A stretch of DNA of 64,000 nt. Source: Rickettsiales bacterium (GTDB lineage: Bacteria > Pseudomonadota > Alphaproteobacteria > Rickettsiales > UBA998). A program made the position numbers and the translations under genes. Positions 38,669 through 48,481 of this stretch are shown here, in pieces. Every line of letters begins with the position of its first letter. The stretch's first letter is position 1. The notes beneath the pieces are model-generated. The model had not been told where the DNA came from, made no database searches, and saw nothing but the letters and a program-made list of their open reading frames with translations. The stretch covers positions 641,472 to 705,471 of the forward strand of contig JAMWZD010000001.1 of the NCBI GenBank assembly GCA_024304995.1, written 5' to 3'.

Positions 38669-39496
38669 ATGAATATTATGGTAGAGTTTTTAAATTACAG
38701 AAGTCTTGAGCAATTGCGTGACGGCACGCTGGAATTGCTTGAATATGGCTCGAACACGCAGAGTTTAGCCGATAAACTAGACATTGCTAATCTCTCTATA
38801 GATTATGCACAGCTTGCAGGAAAGCAGCTGCAATCTTTGCCGATACGTCAGGAAGCGCTGAAAGAAAACCCAGATCCAACCATGCAACAACAACTTGTGA
38901 TGGAACAAGGTGTGTCCAAAGTGATAATCAACCAAGTAGCAGAATTTCGCACCGCTTCAATTGCCGAATTGCTGCATAATGTTGATGATTTTCTGAATGC
39001 GGAAACAATTGAATCAGAATACCGACAGACTGACCCCGCCATTGCAGATGCGTTACAAAAGGTGCGAGCAACACTTGAGGAAAATGGACACTTACCTCCG
39101 AGAAACGAAGCAGACATGCAAGCGGTAACAGCAAATATGCAAGATTTTATGCAAGAACATTATATTGCATTAAAAGAACGCGCCGTGCGCAAGGTAAATG
39201 AAGGCGAATATCCATCTTTATTGCATGATAATGCAACGTATGAAAAAACAGATGAGAATAAAAAAGAACAACCCGAACAGGACATCAAAACTGCACCTTC
39301 ACGCAGCGAAACCAATGAACGTATTCAGCAAAATAACGAGATTTTGGGTTATGACCCATCTAAAGACCCAGATTTACCAGATTTGACACCTTACGTTACT
39401 GAGCAGGATAAAAGCTTCAATCAGTCTGAGGAACAAACCGTAATACCGAGTTCAGTACATACAGAGCGGCAATCGGTTCAAGGGCGCGGCGCATAA
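38669..39496 (+). CDS. hypothetical protein
   Basis: Long ORF with Q/E-rich sequence and no recognisable domain. Start uncertain (ATG at 38669 or 38678). Confidence 0.45.
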   Translation: MNIMVEFLNYRSLEQLRDGTLELLEYGSNTQSLADKLDIANLSIDYAQLAGKQLQSLPIRQEALKENPDPTMQQQLVMEQGVSKVIINQVAEFRTASIAELLHNVDDFLNAETIESEYRQTDPAIADALQKVRATLEENGHLPPRNEADMQAVTANMQDFMQEHYIALKERAVRKVNEGEYPSLLHDNATYEKTDENKKEQPEQDIKTAPSRSETNERIQQNNEILGYDPSKDPDLPDLTPYVTEQDKSFNQSEEQTVIPSSVHTERQSVQGRGA

Positions 39497-39500
39497 AAAA

Positions 39501-40235
39501 CTACACCAACATCCACGCCCCCATCAGCACCATCATCACATTTTCGGTGAGTGAGATGGCGCCGAGCGGCACATCGCTATTGCCGCCCACACAGGCGCAT
39601 TTCAGGTCTCGCTTGTCAATGTAAACAGCTTTGGCAACCGACACCGCACCAACACCACCAATGAATAACGCGATTAAAGCTGCCAGCGGCGTGGCGATGT
39701 AACCCAGCATCCCAATTCCCGCGATTGCTTCTGCGAAGGGATAGATATAAGCATATGGCACGAAACGCCTGCCGAGCAGATCATAGGTGATGAACATGGT
39801 GGAAAATGATTCTAAATCCCGCAATTTCAGCACTGCAAGCACGCACATGCTGATGGCCACAAAAAGCGGAATCAGGTAAAACCCGTTCATCGCTTCCAAT
39901 GGGCGCGCAATCAACGCGATTGCCATTAAAAACGTTACGGAAAACAACGCAATAATCGGCTGATACTTTTCCAGCCATTCGGGCTTGTCTTTCGTGTCAA
40001 AACGCTCTTTCAATGCGTCATACCCGCCAACGCGCTCCCCATCAATAAACGTTTGCGGTGTCGTTTTCACATCATGCTTTTCTTTGAACTGATCGGTTTC
40101 ATATCGGCTTGTCAAATGGTGATCCTCTACTTTGAATCCCTGCCGTTTGAGCAGATACTTGGATTTGATGCCATATGGACAAATATGTTTATCCATCACC
40201 ATACGATATAAAATAGCTGTTTTTTCTGTATTCAT
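39501..40235 (-). CDS. glutaredoxin-like domain fused to a MauE/DoxX-type membrane domain
   Basis: N-terminal CPYG with Grx-like TFIDGERVGGYD. The C-terminal half has about 4 TM segments. Confidence 0.65.
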   Translation of the reverse strand: MNTEKTAILYRMVMDKHICPYGIKSKYLLKRQGFKVEDHHLTSRYETDQFKEKHDVKTTPQTFIDGERVGGYDALKERFDTKDKPEWLEKYQPIIALFSVTFLMAIALIARPLEAMNGFYLIPLFVAISMCVLAVLKLRDLESFSTMFITYDLLGRRFVPYAYIYPFAEAIAGIGMLGYIATPLAALIALFIGGVGAVSVAKAVYIDKRDLKCACVGGNSDVPLGAISLTENVMMVLMGAWMLV

Positions 40236-40285
40236 AGGATTATGATGTAAGTGAAAATATAAAAACGCTATCAGGAATTTTCATT

Positions 40286-40633
40286 ATGAGCATCACACGT
40301 TATCAGACAGGAAAAAAACTCAGCCGCATTGTGGAACATAATAGTGTGGTATATTTATGCGGTCAGGTGGCGATGGATTATAATGGTGACATTGTGCAGC
40401 AAACGCAGGAAGTGCTGGCACGTATTGATGTGCATCTGGCGGAAGCAGGCACTGACAAAAGCAAGATGCTGGCAGCAACAGTCTATGTGAAAGATACAGA
40501 TGATATTCCCGCCATAAATGACATCTGGTGCAAATGGCTGGAAGATTGTACCCCACCAAGCCGCACCTGCGTGCGCGCGGATATGGCGAATAAGGATATT
40601 TTAGTGGAAATCACGGTGACGGCGGCGCTTTAA
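40286..40633 (+). CDS. RidA/YjgF family protein
   Basis: 115 aa with R..C..V.....LVEI-type C-terminus (SRTCVRADMANKDILVEITVTA). Confidence 0.75.
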   Translation: MSITRYQTGKKLSRIVEHNSVVYLCGQVAMDYNGDIVQQTQEVLARIDVHLAEAGTDKSKMLAATVYVKDTDDIPAINDIWCKWLEDCTPPSRTCVRADMANKDILVEITVTAAL

Positions 40634-40686
40634 AGCGTATCACTCCTTTTATGTATCTTTAACCATACAGTATTATAATCGGTGTT

Positions 40687-41661
40687 ATGGGTGCGGACAG
40701 AATTACTAGCTTTGCGGACGCAGCGCAACAGACGCAAATTGTGCTTATCGGAGATACGGATCACCGCAAGGCAGAAGGGTTTGATGCTGAAATATCGTCT
40801 GAATTTGCACAATTGTCAGAAGTTGGCGTAAAGCATTATTTTGTGGAATCATCAACATATTCGCAATTCGCTATCGACACCTATTATGATCACCTCGATG
40901 GCAATATTACATTAGAAGAATTTAAAGAAAAAATACTTGCGAACGAAGAAACCTCCCCTGCTAAAGATGCGCGTTATCCGAAACATAGCGGCACATATGT
41001 GCCTGAAGATGATTTCAGCTTCCTTGATTTTATGAAAGAAGCCCATGCACATGGCATTCAGGTACATGCCGTAGATGATATTCCTCCGCCACTGTTCGAA
41101 GCTGCGGCTGATAAATATATCCCCCTGCTGGAAGCAGCAGCGAAAGAAGGCGGCGCAGATACTGCAAAAGCAGAAATGTTGCTTGAAGAAAAGGTCAATC
41201 AGCTTCCAGAAGCGCAGCGCCAGGAAGCAACCGATTTTTTTGACCGTCTGGAACAATCACGCATAGATGTGAATCATCGCGTGGCACAGCGAGTGCATGA
41301 GATTGCGGGAAATGACAAAGCTATCATAGAATTTGGGTTTGGGCATATGGACAGCATATTTGACCTGAATGAAATGATTGAGACAGAATATGGTCACCGT
41401 AACACTATGGTGATTGCAGTTGATCATGACGGCACAGGGCTGCAATATTACAACGCCAAGGGAGAATTTGAGAAAGAAGATTTGCCAGAATATGTTTATA
41501 CCAGACCGCTGGGGCATCAGGATAATGCATTTGAAGCGCTGGATTTGAACGAGATTCCAAAAGATATGAATCTGGAAGTATTAAATATCGACGCTTCTGA
41601 CGCTCCATCACCACTTAATGCAGGCGACAAAGACAGAGACAGTTCTTTGCCTGATCGCTAA
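40687..41661 (+). CDS. hypothetical protein
   Basis: 324 aa, acidic. No family recognised with confidence. Confidence 0.5.
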   Translation: MGADRITSFADAAQQTQIVLIGDTDHRKAEGFDAEISSEFAQLSEVGVKHYFVESSTYSQFAIDTYYDHLDGNITLEEFKEKILANEETSPAKDARYPKHSGTYVPEDDFSFLDFMKEAHAHGIQVHAVDDIPPPLFEAAADKYIPLLEAAAKEGGADTAKAEMLLEEKVNQLPEAQRQEATDFFDRLEQSRIDVNHRVAQRVHEIAGNDKAIIEFGFGHMDSIFDLNEMIETEYGHRNTMVIAVDHDGTGLQYYNAKGEFEKEDLPEYVYTRPLGHQDNAFEALDLNEIPKDMNLEVLNIDASDAPSPLNAGDKDRDSSLPDR

Positions 41662-41749
41662 ATTACAATGTAAATTTTAAAGATTTTCATCATTCTGTCA
41701 CAAATATTAGTTATTATTAACCTTAAAACAAAATACACTAATCACGCTC

Positions 41750-42274
41750 ATGACCGAAACACCAAAAACAGTTCCTGTTAGCAAAGTTTTTGAAACCTAC
41801 AGACAAATGTTTGCTGAGTTAGAAGAAAACGGAAAGAAGGGTACAGATGAATATTCCAAGCTGGAAGAAAGCTATAATAATTTCATTAAATCCCGTGCAG
41901 AACAAGCCGCAGCTACTCCGATTAATGCGGAGGCGGCAGTCACCTCTGCTCAGCCTGCCAATAATGGCACGTCACTAACTCCCGAAAACACTGAGAAGAT
42001 CAATCAGGCAACGGGATCACTCAAAAGCCATCTGGTTGGGGTGGGCGAATTTATTGGTGGTGTGTCACTGCTGAGCAATGCGAATCATAATATTAAAAAT
42101 GAAACGGAACAAACCAGCGGGTTTGACTGGTTGACGAACCGACTTCAATTTGCAGGAGGCGCCGCCCTTTCTACAGATGGCGCATTGCGCGCCACTACAG
42201 GAAAAGGTGCGGGCTATTGGGTACAAAAGGTCACAGAAGGCGCACAATCTGCTGCACAGGGAATCAGCAAATAA
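41750..42274 (+). CDS. hypothetical protein
   Basis: 174 aa with no recognisable domain. Confidence 0.45.
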   Translation: MTETPKTVPVSKVFETYRQMFAELEENGKKGTDEYSKLEESYNNFIKSRAEQAAATPINAEAAVTSAQPANNGTSLTPENTEKINQATGSLKSHLVGVGEFIGGVSLLSNANHNIKNETEQTSGFDWLTNRLQFAGGAALSTDGALRATTGKGAGYWVQKVTEGAQSAAQGISK

Positions 42275-42308
42275 ACGTCATCTCCTGTTTCAGGTGAACC
42301 ATAAAAAG

Positions 42309-42683
42309 TTATCTTCGATTAGTGTTACGAGACTGAATGTTGCTTTTGCGCTGTGCAACATTTGTCTGTATAGTGCTTTTTCGATTATCCATTCTGTGCT
42401 GAATATTTGATTTCCGCGTTTCAGCATTGTGCTGCATTTTTGCTCTGCGACCTTCGACATTGGATTGAATAGTGGCTTTCCGCTCTTCCACTTTGCCCTG
42501 TAAATGCTCTTTTTGTTCTGCCATACGAGCTTTAAAGTTGGTACGGCGCTGTTCTTTTACCTGCTCAAAATGCATCTTTCGTTTTTCAATGCGTGCTTCT
42601 CGGTTTGTTAATGTATCATCCGCATGAGTTGAAAATGATGCTAATAAGATAGTTACCACGGCGCTGAGAGTAATATATTTCAT
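42309..42683 (-). CDS. secreted protein with 11-residue repeats
   Basis: Signal peptide ...SFSTHA. Repeats EERKATIQSNV / EGRRAKMQHNA / ETRKSNIQHRM / DNRKSTIQTNV / AQRKSNIQSRN. Confidence 0.55.
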   Translation of the reverse strand: MKYITLSAVVTILLASFSTHADDTLTNREARIEKRKMHFEQVKEQRRTNFKARMAEQKEHLQGKVEERKATIQSNVEGRRAKMQHNAETRKSNIQHRMDNRKSTIQTNVAQRKSNIQSRNTNRR

Positions 42684-42728
42684 GGGATGATCCTTTTAAA
42701 TTACATCAAACATAATATACTGGTTTGA

Positions 42729-43502
42729 TTAATTTTTTTCTAACTTGTGGCGGTTCGTCACATAATATACCAGCATTAACACACCATAAGATGCGGCAAT
42801 ATGTTTCAGCGCATGACCGCTTACCACTTCAGATGTCAGCACATAAATTGCTGCATCATAATGTTCCAGTAATTTCGCTAATGCATAAAATGCTATCGTA
42901 TAGACAATATATTTTGCATGTGAATATCGTGCTTCATATTGCCACAAAATAAACGGTATCAGCAGCAAAGGCAGAAATTGCACTAATACATAAAGTCGCA
43001 GATCCCCCTCACCCATCTGTTCGGTGTGATGCCAGTATATCACACTGATAATGCCTATAAAGCTCAGCAATGGAAAAAGGTGTTTTCCTGCGCGAAGGCT
43101 GATACGCTCTATTATGACTAATGTGAAAAAACTCATGAAAGCGAGCGTCATGGGGAGCCTGTCCCATAGCAACGTGTCATTATTCGGGTTCATATGGTAA
43201 TATGCCGACCCTACCCCCACCATTGCCGAACTCAGAAAAAACCATATCCATAATAACTGCTCAAACGGGTCAGCATATACATAACGCCGCTTCACACAGC
43301 ACCACACGCCAACCCCGCCAAACACCAGAAACAACATGTTGCTAAACACATTTGCCATATGCGGCAGCGCGAATGTGCGCTGATCTGCAAATTGGTGATA
43401 GGTGGCATCCTGTGGGATGGGTGGTAGCAGGAAGATAATAGCAATAACGGTGAGTGATATAGCAAGGATGCACTGCGCTCTGTAACGATGAATATATGTC
43501 AT
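42729..43502 (-). CDS. ceramidase-family-like 7-TM membrane protein
   Basis: NVFSNMLFLVFGGVG and YYHMNPNNDTLLWDRLPM resemble the alkaline ceramidase-like family. Confidence 0.5.
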   Translation of the reverse strand: MTYIHRYRAQCILAISLTVIAIIFLLPPIPQDATYHQFADQRTFALPHMANVFSNMLFLVFGGVGVWCCVKRRYVYADPFEQLLWIWFFLSSAMVGVGSAYYHMNPNNDTLLWDRLPMTLAFMSFFTLVIIERISLRAGKHLFPLLSFIGIISVIYWHHTEQMGEGDLRLYVLVQFLPLLLIPFILWQYEARYSHAKYIVYTIAFYALAKLLEHYDAAIYVLTSEVVSGHALKHIAASYGVLMLVYYVTNRHKLEKN

Positions 43503-43610
43503 TCCAGCACTATAACATTATGTTTAGCAATGTTACAGTTCAGTGAACTTTTGCTTCATTACACCGTATTACATTGAGAAAAACCAATCTTTTCGGTATG
43601 CTGAATAGTA

Positions 43611-44432
43611 ATGTCTCATAAAAATTCGGCGAAACTCAGCGCGCGGGAGCGTCAGCAAAATAAAACAGCACAGGATCACCTCAATGATCTTGCGTTTCTG
43701 TTGACCCATACTATCACTTGCACACTGACAGACCCTTTGACAGGACCAGTCTCGGAATGGGCTGAAAATCATATTGATATGTCAATGAATAAACAAAATG
43801 GTTTTCAACTTAAGATAGATCCATTTCGTAAAGTTCCCGAAGAAGATCACACATTGACAGAATGGGTATTAGCTGAAGTGATAGCTGACGCGGCATCTGT
43901 TCCCGCCACTATGGCAGTGCAGCATTTTGCACCTGAAGTGATGGAAGCCATCCGCAAGCCACTGGAAATGGCGTTTGGTGGAATGTATGAGAAATCTGCT
44001 GAAAAAGCAGCTACTGTCTGGGCAGATAAACACCATGTTCGTGTTGGCTCAGAAGAATTTCAGGAATATAAAGAAGCGCATTATGAAAAAGAAATGGCTC
44101 ATGCGCCGCAGGCATTTATGTGGTCTGCTTTATCCATCGCCGCGAATGTTGCCATTCAAAAAACAGTGTTGCCAGCAGTGAGTAATAATACGCTGGGCAA
44201 TGATAAACCAACGGGTAAACTGGTTGCATCCAATATGTTCGGCACTGCGATTACGGGGTTGATTGCCAACGGACTGCGTCTCGCCGCACCACAAACGATT
44301 GACCATATTGAACATGAAATAGGTGAGTTTGCCGAGAAGAAAATTTCCAGACCTGCGACAAAAATTATTGGGAATAGTATTGGCGTGGATCGTGATACGG
44401 TGAAAGCGGAGCAAAGCGAAGTGCGTTTATAA
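43611..44432 (+). CDS. hypothetical protein
   Basis: 273 aa with hydrophobic stretches in the C-terminal half. No family recognised. Confidence 0.45.
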   Translation: MSHKNSAKLSARERQQNKTAQDHLNDLAFLLTHTITCTLTDPLTGPVSEWAENHIDMSMNKQNGFQLKIDPFRKVPEEDHTLTEWVLAEVIADAASVPATMAVQHFAPEVMEAIRKPLEMAFGGMYEKSAEKAATVWADKHHVRVGSEEFQEYKEAHYEKEMAHAPQAFMWSALSIAANVAIQKTVLPAVSNNTLGNDKPTGKLVASNMFGTAITGLIANGLRLAAPQTIDHIEHEIGEFAEKKISRPATKIIGNSIGVDRDTVKAEQSEVRL

Positions 44433-44498
44433 AACATAGACAAATTTCAGTCTTCTGTTATTATATCATTATTCTTTAGGCTTTCGCCATATAACGCC

Positions 44499-44819
44499 AT
44501 GCAGCTCCACACTTTTGCAAACAGAATTGGTAAGGGTTTATGCTTACCTGATGGAACAACCATAGTGTATTTTAAAGATATTCGTGAAGAATATAATCTT
44601 GTGTTCCCTGTAGAAAAAAATAAAAAATCATTTCGCACCAAAAAACAAAAAAGAGTGAGCGAGGCAGATGTAGCTTTGAAGTTAGGCATAACTACAAATA
44701 GTGTTCAGAGTCTTGAGAAACTTGAGATGGATTTTAAATATTGTAAATTTATTTATCTGGAGTTTTACTGGAGGCTATATAATGCGATTGAGAAAAACAC
44801 ACCGCTTAAAGACTTCTAA
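44499..44819 (+). CDS. hypothetical small protein with a possible HTH
   Basis: SEADVALKLGITTNSVQSLEK looks Xre-like. AT-rich. Followed by a strong hairpin. Confidence 0.3.
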   Translation: MQLHTFANRIGKGLCLPDGTTIVYFKDIREEYNLVFPVEKNKKSFRTKKQKRVSEADVALKLGITTNSVQSLEKLEMDFKYCKFIYLEFYWRLYNAIEKNTPLKDF

Positions 44820-44842
44820 ACACTTTTAGAGGTCTTTTTTTT
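44808..44842. terminator. bidirectional terminator hairpin
   Basis: AAAGACTTCTAAA-cact-TTTAGAGGTCTTT plus a T-run. Sits between convergent genes. Confidence 0.6.
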
Positions 44843-46379
44843 AGCCCCCAATACGCTCTGGCATATAATCATCTTCTATCAAGTCGTCAAAGCGCGTTTG
44901 ATCACCATAAAACTGCATGGTAACGGTGCCAATCGGGCCGTGGCGTTGCTTGGCGATGATGGCATCCGCCTTGCCGTATACCCGCTCCATTGCCTGTTGC
45001 CATTCTTCAAATTTTGGTGAGTCTTCATCTGGCTTTGCCCGAGCCACGTAATATTCTTCGCGGAAGACGAACATCACCACGTCCGCATCCTGCTCAATCG
45101 ACCCCGATTCGCGCAAATCGGAGAGTTGCGGGCGTTTATCTTCGCGCGCTTCCACCTGACGGGAAAGCTGAGAGAGCGCCAGCACAGGCACATTCAGTTC
45201 TTTTGCCAGCGCTTTCAGACCTTGCGTAATCTCGCTCACTTCCTGCACGCGGTTGACATTGCTGCCTTTGCTGCTGCCCACCAGAAGCTGGAGATAATCC
45301 ACAATAATCAGCCCCAGATTGCTGACGCGTTTTAAACGGCGCGCGCGGGTGCGCACGGCGGAAATGCTGAGTGCTGGTGTATCATCCACAAAGAATGGCA
45401 GACTGGACAGTTCTTCATTCGCCTGAATCAGTTGTGAAAACTCATCATCCGTCAAATCACCACGCATAATGCCTGCGCTGTTTACGCCCGCACGAGCAGA
45501 GAGAATCCGCGTGGCGAGCTGCTCGGCTGACATCTCCAAAGAGAAAAAACCAACGGATTTTGGGATGGTATCTTCTGGCTTGGCATCGGCGCTTTTCGCC
45601 GCATCTTCAGCTTCACGCTGAAAATGTAGCGCAGCTTTATATGCAATGGTTGTGGCAAGCGCTGTTTTCCCCATGGAAGGTCGCCCCGCCAGAATCAGCA
45701 AATCTGAATCCTGCAGGCCGCCAAGCAATTTGTCCAGATCCTTCAAACCCGTGGAAACGCCCACCACGTCGCCCTTGCGTTTAAACGCCAGTTCTGCCAT
45801 CTGCACGGCTTTCGCACCAGAGACTTTAAATGCCTGAAAGTCTGTCTTGGTGTTGCCTTCTTCAGCAAGTTTATATAGCTGCCCTTCTGCATCTCCAATC
45901 TGCTGGAATGCAGGGTTGTGAATATCTGGCTTATAGGCGGTATTCACAATTTCTTCACCTAAACGAATTAATTCACGCTTCAGATGCAAATCATACAGAA
46001 TCTCAGAATATTCGCGCACATCAATGATGATGGCAGCTGCCACCGCCAATTCTTCCAGATAATTTGGGGTGGGCAGATGCACATCTCCCATATTGCTGAA
46101 ATAATGCTTTAACGTGGTGTAGCTGGAAATATTCCCACGGTCATAGAATGTTTTGATGGTGGAATATATTAAACGGTGGATCGGTTCATAAAAATGCTCT
46201 GGCTGCAAACGGTCATCCACATATTGCAACGCTGCGTTATTGACGAGTATCGTACCCAACAGCGCCTGCTCCACATCCACATTATGCGGCACCACGCGCA
46301 ACCCTTCCGCCACTTTTTGTGGAGACTCATCAGATGCAAACACATCATCATTATCGTTTAATTCGTCAGCTAAAGGCAT
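44841..46379 (-). CDS. dnaB: replicative DNA helicase
   Basis: 512 aa. Walker A GRPSMGKT and the DnaB C-terminal RecA-like motifs. Confidence 0.95.
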   Translation of the reverse strand: MPLADELNDNDDVFASDESPQKVAEGLRVVPHNVDVEQALLGTILVNNAALQYVDDRLQPEHFYEPIHRLIYSTIKTFYDRGNISSYTTLKHYFSNMGDVHLPTPNYLEELAVAAAIIIDVREYSEILYDLHLKRELIRLGEEIVNTAYKPDIHNPAFQQIGDAEGQLYKLAEEGNTKTDFQAFKVSGAKAVQMAELAFKRKGDVVGVSTGLKDLDKLLGGLQDSDLLILAGRPSMGKTALATTIAYKAALHFQREAEDAAKSADAKPEDTIPKSVGFFSLEMSAEQLATRILSARAGVNSAGIMRGDLTDDEFSQLIQANEELSSLPFFVDDTPALSISAVRTRARRLKRVSNLGLIIVDYLQLLVGSSKGSNVNRVQEVSEITQGLKALAKELNVPVLALSQLSRQVEAREDKRPQLSDLRESGSIEQDADVVMFVFREEYYVARAKPDEDSPKFEEWQQAMERVYGKADAIIAKQRHGPIGTVTMQFYGDQTRFDDLIEDDYMPERIGG

Positions 46380-46413
46380 AAGATGTAATCTACTCTAGTT
46401 TTGTGAGATAGGC

Positions 46414-46453
46414 AAAAAGAAACCGCTATGAAACGATAGTTTCATGAGCGGTT
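46414..46453 (-). terminator. rho-independent terminator candidate
   Basis: On the minus strand: AACCGCTCATGAAAC-tatc-GTTTCATAGCGGTT followed by TCTTTTT. Confidence 0.5.
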
Positions 46454-46471
46454 AAAAGACAAGAAAATATA

Positions 46472-46942
46472 TTAGCCTAGTTCATCTAAAGAATCTATCG
46501 ACTCTACACTTTCATCATGTGCTATAGCATCAAGTTGTGATTGCAAAACCTCTTCACGATCATACTCTATATAAGCGTGAAAAAAGACTTTAATCAGACT
46601 ACCTGACCCTAAATAAATATTATCCTGATAATCAACGGTAACGATACCGTTAGCTATCAGTTTTCTCAGTTCTATCATAGCTAGTTCAACTTCCCATTCA
46701 GAAAAACTTGAGACTAACTGTTTCAACAAAACAAAGCGTGGTATTCTTATCAACCAACCCCTTTTTTCTGGTTCAATTCCAACTACAGCATCTTTGCAAA
46801 TAGTAAGAATTGAAGAATACAAGCTCAGCAGAGAAGGAAATTCTCTAAACTGCTTTTCAAGTATTTCAAAGCCAAAATTGTCAGGTGATGGTGCTCCACC
46901 CATTTGAACAAACTGTTTTTCGTTTTCTGGCAAAATGCTCAT
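46472..46942 (-). CDS. hypothetical protein (AT-rich orphan, acidic C-terminus)
   Basis: ATG at 46942 (MSILPENEKQ...). No recognisable domain. Confidence 0.45.
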   Translation of the reverse strand: MSILPENEKQFVQMGGAPSPDNFGFEILEKQFREFPSLLSLYSSILTICKDAVVGIEPEKRGWLIRIPRFVLLKQLVSSFSEWEVELAMIELRKLIANGIVTVDYQDNIYLGSGSLIKVFFHAYIEYDREEVLQSQLDAIAHDESVESIDSLDELG

Positions 46943-47106
46943 AAGAATGTTTAGCAAACTATGTCTGCTTAAAGAATAGGATCAATTTTTATTGTACCCC
47001 ATTTTTACATCTTAGTAAACAATCTCTTAAAACACATCTCCTTATCGCATCTTGAACTAAAACTGGTTTTAGTTCATATCTAAAAAGAATTGTAACAACA
47101 GTATCG

Positions 47107-47188
47107 CGTCATTCTGAACGCAGTGAAGAATCCAGAACCACATGCTCAATCGGAGAGATGGATTCTTCGGCTACGCCTCAGAATGACG
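47107..47188. repeat. ~82-bp palindromic MITE-like element, copy 2
   Basis: CGTCATTCTGAACGCAGTGAAGAATCC ... GGATTCTTCGGCTACGCCTCAGAATGACG. Confidence 0.75.
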
Positions 47189-47220
47189 AACACGTATAAT
47201 ATTTTAAAGGAGCATAGATC

Positions 47221-48003
47221 ATGGTTGCAGGGAAAAACGTGGTGGTAACAGGGTCAACCAGTGGCATTGGGCAGGGCATTGCGCAGGAATTGGCGAAAAA
47301 GGGAGCAAACATCATGCTCAATGGCTTTGGTGACAAAGACCAGATTGAAAAAGACCGCGCTGCACTGGAAAATGTCGCAGGAGTAAAAGTGCGCTATCAC
47401 GGCGCGGATATGACCAAACCAGATGAAATTAAAGATTTGATAGACACCACTATCAAAGAGTTTGGCTCGGTGGATGTGGTCGTGAATAATGCAGGCATTC
47501 AGCATGTTGCACCGATTGAAGAATTTCCTGCTGGCAAGTGGGATGCGATTATTGCAATTAATCTGTCTTCCGCCTTCCACACCATGCAACACGCCATCCC
47601 CTGCATGAAAGAAAAAGGCTGGGGGCGCGTCATTAACATTGCCTCCGCTCATGCACTGGTCGCCTCACCCTATAAATCCGCCTATGTGGCAGCGAAGCAC
47701 GGCATTGCAGGGCTGAGCAAAACTGTGGCGCTGGAAACCGCGAAAGACGGAATTACGGTGAATGCCATTTGCCCAGGTTACGTGTGGACACCGCTCGTGG
47801 AAGGGCAAGTGGCGGACACAGCAAAGGCACGCGGCATTTCTGAAGAAGAAGTGAAACAGGATGTATTGCTGAAAGCACAACCCACCAAACAATTCACCAC
47901 TATCGAGCAGTTGGGCGAGCTGGCAGCATTTTTATGTTCTGATGCAGCAGCGAACATCACAGGCAGCATGTTGCCTGTGGATGGCGGCTGGACGGCGCAG
48001 TAA
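47221..48003 (+). CDS. 3-hydroxybutyrate dehydrogenase (SDR)
   Basis: TGSTSGIG, NNAG and YxxxK (YVAAKHG) motifs, with BdhA-like length and termini. Confidence 0.8.
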   Translation: MVAGKNVVVTGSTSGIGQGIAQELAKKGANIMLNGFGDKDQIEKDRAALENVAGVKVRYHGADMTKPDEIKDLIDTTIKEFGSVDVVVNNAGIQHVAPIEEFPAGKWDAIIAINLSSAFHTMQHAIPCMKEKGWGRVINIASAHALVASPYKSAYVAAKHGIAGLSKTVALETAKDGITVNAICPGYVWTPLVEGQVADTAKARGISEEEVKQDVLLKAQPTKQFTTIEQLGELAAFLCSDAAANITGSMLPVDGGWTAQ

Positions 48004-48009
48004 CATCTG

Positions 48010-48477
48010 ATGAAGGTGGTGAAGTTTTTGAAGATTGTTGCGGCTGTTTTGTTGCAGACTGGTCTGTTCGTTGCGATGACGCTTGCGTTTTATTCTGTTG
48101 TACCGTTGGATTTTAATTATAAAGCAAACAGTGAAATCATTATAATTGACCTTAATTATGTGATGATTCAGGTCGTAATGTTATCGCTTGTCTATATCTC
48201 GACTTATATAGTTGCAATGCTGTATTTCAGGAATGTAAGCGATAGTGTCATAAAACGAATTTACGTCAAAAATACGATTATCTTTGCTGTTGTCATTAAT
48301 AGCGTATCAATTCTAGGAGATGTCATGTTTACAGGCAAATCAAGTCCAGCTATTACTTTAGGAGTCACTCTTGGAATTGCAGTTGGTGCTTTTAAAAATT
48401 TCAAAGAGCAATCAAAAAAAGAGGTGTTTGAATATAAAAATAACTTAACCAACCGCCCCGAAATAAACACGGACTAA
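48010..48477 (+). CDS. hypothetical membrane protein (AT-rich orphan)
   Basis: 155 aa with about 4 TM segments. Confidence 0.45.
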   Translation: MKVVKFLKIVAAVLLQTGLFVAMTLAFYSVVPLDFNYKANSEIIIIDLNYVMIQVVMLSLVYISTYIVAMLYFRNVSDSVIKRIYVKNTIIFAVVINSVSILGDVMFTGKSSPAITLGVTLGIAVGAFKNFKEQSKKEVFEYKNNLTNRPEINTD

Positions 48478-48481
48478 CCGC

